A DNA stretch of 64,000 nt from an uncultured Candidatus Poseidoniales archaeon (GTDB lineage Archaea; Thermoplasmatota; Poseidoniia; Poseidoniales; Poseidoniaceae): the NCBI GenBank assembly GCA_964412625.1, contig CAYPPO010000002.1, forward strand, positions 9,497 through 73,496. Reading direction: 5' to 3'. Shown in pieces: positions 59,711 to 64,000 of this stretch. The translations under genes and the position numbers were made by a program. Within the stretch, counting starts at the first letter, position 1; every line of letters begins with the position of its first letter. Under the pieces are notes generated by a model. That model was not told the DNA's origin. It worked only from the letters and a program-made list of their open reading frames with translations, and ran no database searches.

Positions 59711-59921
59711 GATGTATTGGTTGTGGACATTACTGATGAATTATTGCTTTTTTGCGTAATCGATGAAATGTCGCCAAATTTCACTAGAATAATTGTAAAT
59801 TTGCTCCCAAATCAGTGATACATTGCCCTTTTATTCATAATGAATGGATATTTATTCATTTTGATTAAACACCTACATGCCGACCGATTCTTTGAATAAC
59901 TGCCTTGTACAACCGTAAGTT

Positions 59922-60362
59922 ATGGTAGGGCTACGTCTGTCTCGTCGAGCCCGAAAATTTCTGAAGCGAATCCAGCGCGCACCAGGCAAATACGAGTTGC
60001 AAGAAGTTGCCTCAACAATCCAAGCCGAGCTTGACAAACGCAATGTTTCGTATGATGAGGCGCTAACGCTTGGCAATATAATTCAGCACAGGGCCGATCA
60101 ATTCACCGATGACGATACCATTGTCTACGCAATTTCTGATAGGGATGCATATCGTAGAACGCTGGAACTCTATCTTAGAGATGCTCTGTTGAGCAAAACT
60201 GAGCAGCTGCTATTGTGGGAAGAGCGTCGCCGACTCGGCATCAGCGACCGGGATCATGAACGCCTGCTGGAGCAATTGTTAGCGCAGTGGCGAAAGCAAG
60301 GAAAGAAGGTCAATATCGACAGTTTCGAAGCACCAAGGGACGGAGGTGAAGCCTCTGCTTAA
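59922..60362 (+). CDS. Hypothetical basic helical protein
   Basis: It is 146 aa, Arg/Glu/Leu-rich, with no recognisable motif. Its 3' end overlaps the probable GTG start of the downstream giant ORF. Confidence 0.35.
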   Translation: MVGLRLSRRARKFLKRIQRAPGKYELQEVASTIQAELDKRNVSYDEALTLGNIIQHRADQFTDDDTIVYAISDRDAYRRTLELYLRDALLSKTEQLLLWEERRRLGISDRDHERLLEQLLAQWRKQGKKVNIDSFEAPRDGGEASA

Positions 60363-63300
60363 TCAACGGAAAACTGCGATAGCTGCCCTCCTACTTGTGA
60401 TGTTAGTTGCGCCTCTGGCGACTCCACTCGCATCAGCCGATTCGAAAACCTCAGCTCGAAACGGACCTAATTTTACCGTCAGTTCGCTGACACTTGATGG
60501 AGCAGGTTCTGTGCAAGATGGCACAGATATCTTTGTCGAAAACGCCACTCATGTCGTTGAGGTTGTAGTTTCAAACATCGGCTCTGCTGCCGGAACGGTG
60601 GTGGTTTCATTATTCCATCAAGGGTCATCATCATCACCGAAATCTTTGGTCAAGGCTATTGAGGTTGGGCCGATATCTCCAGGTACCTCCCACACTCCAG
60701 TTGGATTCGAATGGACTGCTTCACCGGGTAACGGTCAGCGGTTGTTTGCCGAAACCTATGCACAGGCAGACCCCTATTCAGCAGATAATGAGATGCAGTT
60801 GTATTTTGATGTGAGGACTGCTCCACGCTATCTTGTCGGAGACGTTATTGGTAATAATACACCAATGCCGGGTCCTGGACAATCAGAAGGAGTAATCGAT
60901 AGCAGCATGCAAACATTTACCGCAACGGTTCTCAATGAAGGCGTTGAGACAATAACTGCAAACATGACTTTGGATTTTGTCAACCCTCTAGACCCAACCG
61001 ACAGTCACTCATTCTGGTCTGGAGAAATCCTCCTCGACCCTGGTTCGCTGAAAAATGGTCCGATACCAGACTACACTACCTACAACATGAACACAGCATC
61101 ATTCAGCGGCGTTTACACGCTAACAGTCTCGGTGATTTTTACTGGAAACGGCGGTTGGATAGACACCCAAGTAATCAGTGTGTCTGACGTAAGATTTTCC
61201 GACTTTTCGGCCACTTTAACCACTCCGTCAGATCGAACTACGGAGCCTGGTTTAACTACAACTTTGAATTACTGGTTGACAAATACCGGCACCCAAGATG
61301 ACTTTTTTAACATCAATTTATTCTCAACCCAAGGCTGGGCAACGGTTGTTTCACACCCAACAGGTCAGACCCCAAGCTTCTCGCAGGGTCAAACAATAAA
61401 CATTCAAGTTGATGTGACAATTCCATACGATGCAGACAGGACAGCAACTGACACTGTAATACTAACTCTTACCTCGGTCCAAGACACTAGCACTCCGCCG
61501 TATAGCCTGTCTGCGAGAACTAATGTTGGAGCCGGAGAAATTTTCGTCGCTAGTCTTAGTATGCCAACGACAACCCAAATAGTAATTCCCGGCGATGAAA
61601 TTGGGTTTAATGCGACCATAAAGAACGAAGGAAATGTAGAGGGATCATACATACTAAACGCAGGTTTCTCATCTTCATCTAGTCGCTGGGAAGTCACGCT
61701 GGGTACATACTTAACCTCGGCATTACCTGTTGATGGCAGTATGGAATTCTCGGTAAATGTTACTGTCCCACCAATTCAAATGCCACTAGACCAAGCAGAT
61801 CACAATAGAGATGGCGACACGTTGAGCGTCTGGGTTCAAGCAATACCATCAAACGGCGGAGTTCCAGTCGTTCAAAATACAACACTACGAGTGGCTCCAA
61901 TAATTGTGGTGGACCCCGGGCTGAGCGATGAAACAGTGGTGCTGGATGCCGCAGAAATCATTGCTGGCAAGGATGGAAATGGAGTGGAACTCTTTAGACC
62001 CCTAGATATTGAAGTAAGAACCAACCTTGCAGATCCATTGATTACCACCGTTGATGCCTTAATTGAGACGGGCAATGTAACCTTCTTTACCCCAAACGGT
62101 GGAGGTTTTAATGAAAGTGCACGGTGGAATGCATCGATTTCCAATGAATCTCTGTGGGGCATGAGCCTAGGCAGTACGAAAGTTGGAGCCCTTAACGTAC
62201 AAGGACCATTTGGTCACTATCCTCTAGCAGGAGTTTTAGATGTTCCAGTTACTGCTTCAATAATAAACCCGCCTCAAAATATACCAAATCTAGTTACTAC
62301 TACATCTGTAACGAGAAACATTTCAATAATCGTGCCGCCTATCTATGAGGCTAACATTGTCGATAAAGGGCCGTTCGATGTTCCATTGGGAGAGATGACT
62401 TCAGTTCCTCTCCTGCTTGAAAACACTGGCAATGAAGTCACGTCATACCGCCTTTCAGTGATTGACGACTTGCCGGATGGCTGGGTTACCTCTATCAATA
62501 CTCTAACAGGAAATTCAGATGTTATTGCTGATTTAAGTCCAGATGTATCCGATGCTCCAGAAGAGGGTAATTCTCATTTGCGTGATTTCAATTTAGAGGT
62601 GACAACTGACCCACTTGCTGATGCATATTCAATCCAAGATGTCAACATCAAAGTAGAGGATAGCTCAACAGGTCTGTTGATAAATATAATCCCCGTATCG
62701 ATAAGAGTAGGCCCCTATGTTAATGCATCACTTTCCCCAACCAACCAAACAGTCAATATCAATACAACATTAGGAGAAACACCGCTCACTAGAGTCTATG
62801 TCACCAACACTGGTAACACACCAACAATTTACTCCCTGTGGCTAGACGATTCACAAGCCGGCGAGGTAAATTTCAATCTAGAGAGCCCGAATCAAATTCT
62901 TATTGCACCTGGATTTACTGACTCTGTCAAAATAAGATTATCTCCCACCAACGATGCTGATTCAGACGGATACTACATGGCTAGATTGTGGGTTGAAACT
63001 GATACCGGGGTTAACCTAAGCGCTGAGATAGTGGCCAATGTTAGTGAACAAAGAGACCTAAGCATTGACGCACCATACGAAATCGGGGTATTACCCGGGC
63101 AAGATCAAGTGGTAAATTTCACCGTCACAAACTCGGGTAATTTTGAAGAAACATTTGCTGTTGAGGTTGCCGTGGATGGTGGCTGGGTAGTAGTCCCTGC
63201 CTCTCAAACAATGACGCTGCCAATTGATGAGGAAATTCAAGGAAGTGTTACCGTTACCATTCCGGAGCTTGGTGAGGGGATTTCATTAAACGACGGCTCG

Positions 63301-64000
63301 GTTCACAACCTTACGATTCGATTGGTAGATCAAAATACGGAATTAACTGCTGGAATGGCGACGGTTAGAATGTTAATTTCGCCGATGTTTATCCTTGATA
63401 TTGTTGATTGGCAGGAGGAGATGCAGTATCACAGGTACTGGAACAGAACCTTTAGTGCTACTGTAATGAACATGGGTAATAGAGATGTCACTGTAGACTT
63501 AGGCTATGAGATCAATAAACCAGGTGGCGTAATTCCAAGTAATGAATGGAGCATTGAGCCAGGCGCACCGAGTACTCTGTCAATGCCAGTAGGTCAAAAT
63601 GTGACCTTTTCATTCGTCGTCAAATCTACTGACATAAGCCCCGACCTAGGATTATTTGCCTTGTTATCAATACACTTGACTCCGCAAGATGCCAGTGTTG
63701 ATGGGGATGGATTCCTCAATTCAACACTAAAGATGTCAAGGTTCTTTGCACCGAGCGATATTGATTTGAAACCAGATGAAACAGACGGGCCAATGGAGGA
63801 ATATATCGTTTATTCACATATTCCAATCGGCCCATCTAACGCAGTTGCTTATGAGTTAGAACTTTGCGATGTAGAGCGTTTGTATGACTTTAGCCAATCT
63901 ACCGAAAATGAGTCTTTGTACCCATGGTCTTTCACGCTAGTTATCGACGAATCTACCTCGGTTCCGCTATCTCTAGATCCCGAGAGTTGTGGACAATCTT
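60346..64000 (+). CDS. Large secreted surface protein with repeated Ig-like/CARDB-like beta-sandwich modules, partial (runs off window end)
   Basis: Manual translation from GTG 60346 (VKPLLNQRKTAIAALLLVMLVAPLATPLASA signal peptide) stays open to 64000. I spot-checked positions 61441, 63001 and 63961 and found no stops. Repetitive TVxNxG...T/S-rich modules are typical of archaeal CARDB-type surface domains. It is not in the ORF track because it lacks an in-window stop. Confidence 0.6.
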   Translation, partial: MKPLLNQRKTAIAALLLVMLVAPLATPLASADSKTSARNGPNFTVSSLTLDGAGSVQDGTDIFVENATHVVEVVVSNIGSAAGTVVVSLFHQGSSSSPKSLVKAIEVGPISPGTSHTPVGFEWTASPGNGQRLFAETYAQADPYSADNEMQLYFDVRTAPRYLVGDVIGNNTPMPGPGQSEGVIDSSMQTFTATVLNEGVETITANMTLDFVNPLDPTDSHSFWSGEILLDPGSLKNGPIPDYTTYNMNTASFSGVYTLTVSVIFTGNGGWIDTQVISVSDVRFSDFSATLTTPSDRTTEPGLTTTLNYWLTNTGTQDDFFNINLFSTQGWATVVSHPTGQTPSFSQGQTINIQVDVTIPYDADRTATDTVILTLTSVQDTSTPPYSLSARTNVGAGEIFVASLSMPTTTQIVIPGDEIGFNATIKNEGNVEGSYILNAGFSSSSSRWEVTLGTYLTSALPVDGSMEFSVNVTVPPIQMPLDQADHNRDGDTLSVWVQAIPSNGGVPVVQNTTLRVAPIIVVDPGLSDETVVLDAAEIIAGKDGNGVELFRPLDIEVRTNLADPLITTVDALIETGNVTFFTPNGGGFNESARWNASISNESLWGMSLGSTKVGALNVQGPFGHYPLAGVLDVPVTASIINPPQNIPNLVTTTSVTRNISIIVPPIYEANIVDKGPFDVPLGEMTSVPLLLENTGNEVTSYRLSVIDDLPDGWVTSINTLTGNSDVIADLSPDVSDAPEEGNSHLRDFNLEVTTDPLADAYSIQDVNIKVEDSSTGLLINIIPVSIRVGPYVNASLSPTNQTVNINTTLGETPLTRVYVTNTGNTPTIYSLWLDDSQAGEVNFNLESPNQILIAPGFTDSVKIRLSPTNDADSDGYYMARLWVETDTGVNLSAEIVANVSEQRDLSIDAPYEIGVLPGQDQVVNFTVTNSGNFEETFAVEVAVDGGWVVVPASQTMTLPIDEEIQGSVTVTIPELGEGISLNDGSVHNLTIRLVDQNTELTAGMATVRMLISPMFILDIVDWQEEMQYHRYWNRTFSATVMNMGNRDVTVDLGYEINKPGGVIPSNEWSIEPGAPSTLSMPVGQNVTFSFVVKSTDISPDLGLFALLSIHLTPQDASVDGDGFLNSTLKMSRFFAPSDIDLKPDETDGPMEEYIVYSHIPIGPSNAVAYELELCDVERLYDFSQSTENESLYPWSFTLVIDESTSVPLSLDPESCGQS

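Noticed and set aside
1-64000. CRISPR arrays, tRNA/rRNA genes, transposases/integrases or terminal inverted repeats
   Set aside because: There are no regularly spaced direct repeats and no intergenic space large enough for RNA genes, the largest gap being 211 bp. No transposase-like or integrase-like ORFs are present. Nothing supports a mobile element or CRISPR locus here.

Overview
The window is a gene-dense (>95% coding) archaeal chromosomal segment. Archaeal identity rests on a TATA-box-binding protein (tbp), an NMD3 homologue, mevalonate kinase, an archaeal-type bifunctional PGI/PMI and a SepF-like division protein. Low GC and a heavy load of peptidases and giant adhesin-like surface proteins suggest a marine heterotrophic euryarchaeon of the Marine Group II/Poseidoniales type; this is inference, not proof.

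I identify about 42 protein genes and no rRNA, tRNA, CRISPR array or transposase. Housekeeping genes include glmS, cysS, ileS, nadE, trhO, trxA, bcp, maf, mvk, tbp, an acyl-CoA dehydrogenase, an NDP-sugar epimerase and a hexapeptide acetyltransferase.

These are interleaved with an unusual concentration of very large secreted or membrane-anchored proteins. There is an S8 subtilase of 1645 aa next to a rhomboid protease. Two tandem paralogous cadherin-like giants (1244 and 1184 aa) are followed by sepF after only a 3-nt spacer. A 1719-aa glycoprotein-like giant and a 980-aa extracellular amidohydrolase with a cytoplasmic EF-hand pair are present. There are also a collagen-like type-II membrane protein with EF-hand/dockerin-like loops, an S15 (CocE/NonD) peptidase, several lipobox lipoproteins, and two more giants running off both window edges.

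The most interesting patterns are these. (i) The rhomboid protease and a TM-anchored subtilase both carry C-terminal zinc ribbons and are separated by a strong GC hairpin. (ii) Proline-rich LPE(L/G) and aromatic GWTMEQW / WWY[HK]D cytoplasmic tail motifs recur across at least four otherwise unrelated anchored surface proteins. (iii) A single-chain fused aconitase-X (DUF521+DUF126) protein lies in an archaeon that also encodes mevalonate kinase nearby. (iv) A minimal ccmABCD-like heme-export cluster is present.

The ORF track omits the two ORFs that run off the window edges (1..984 minus; 60346..64000 plus). I verified both by manual translation.
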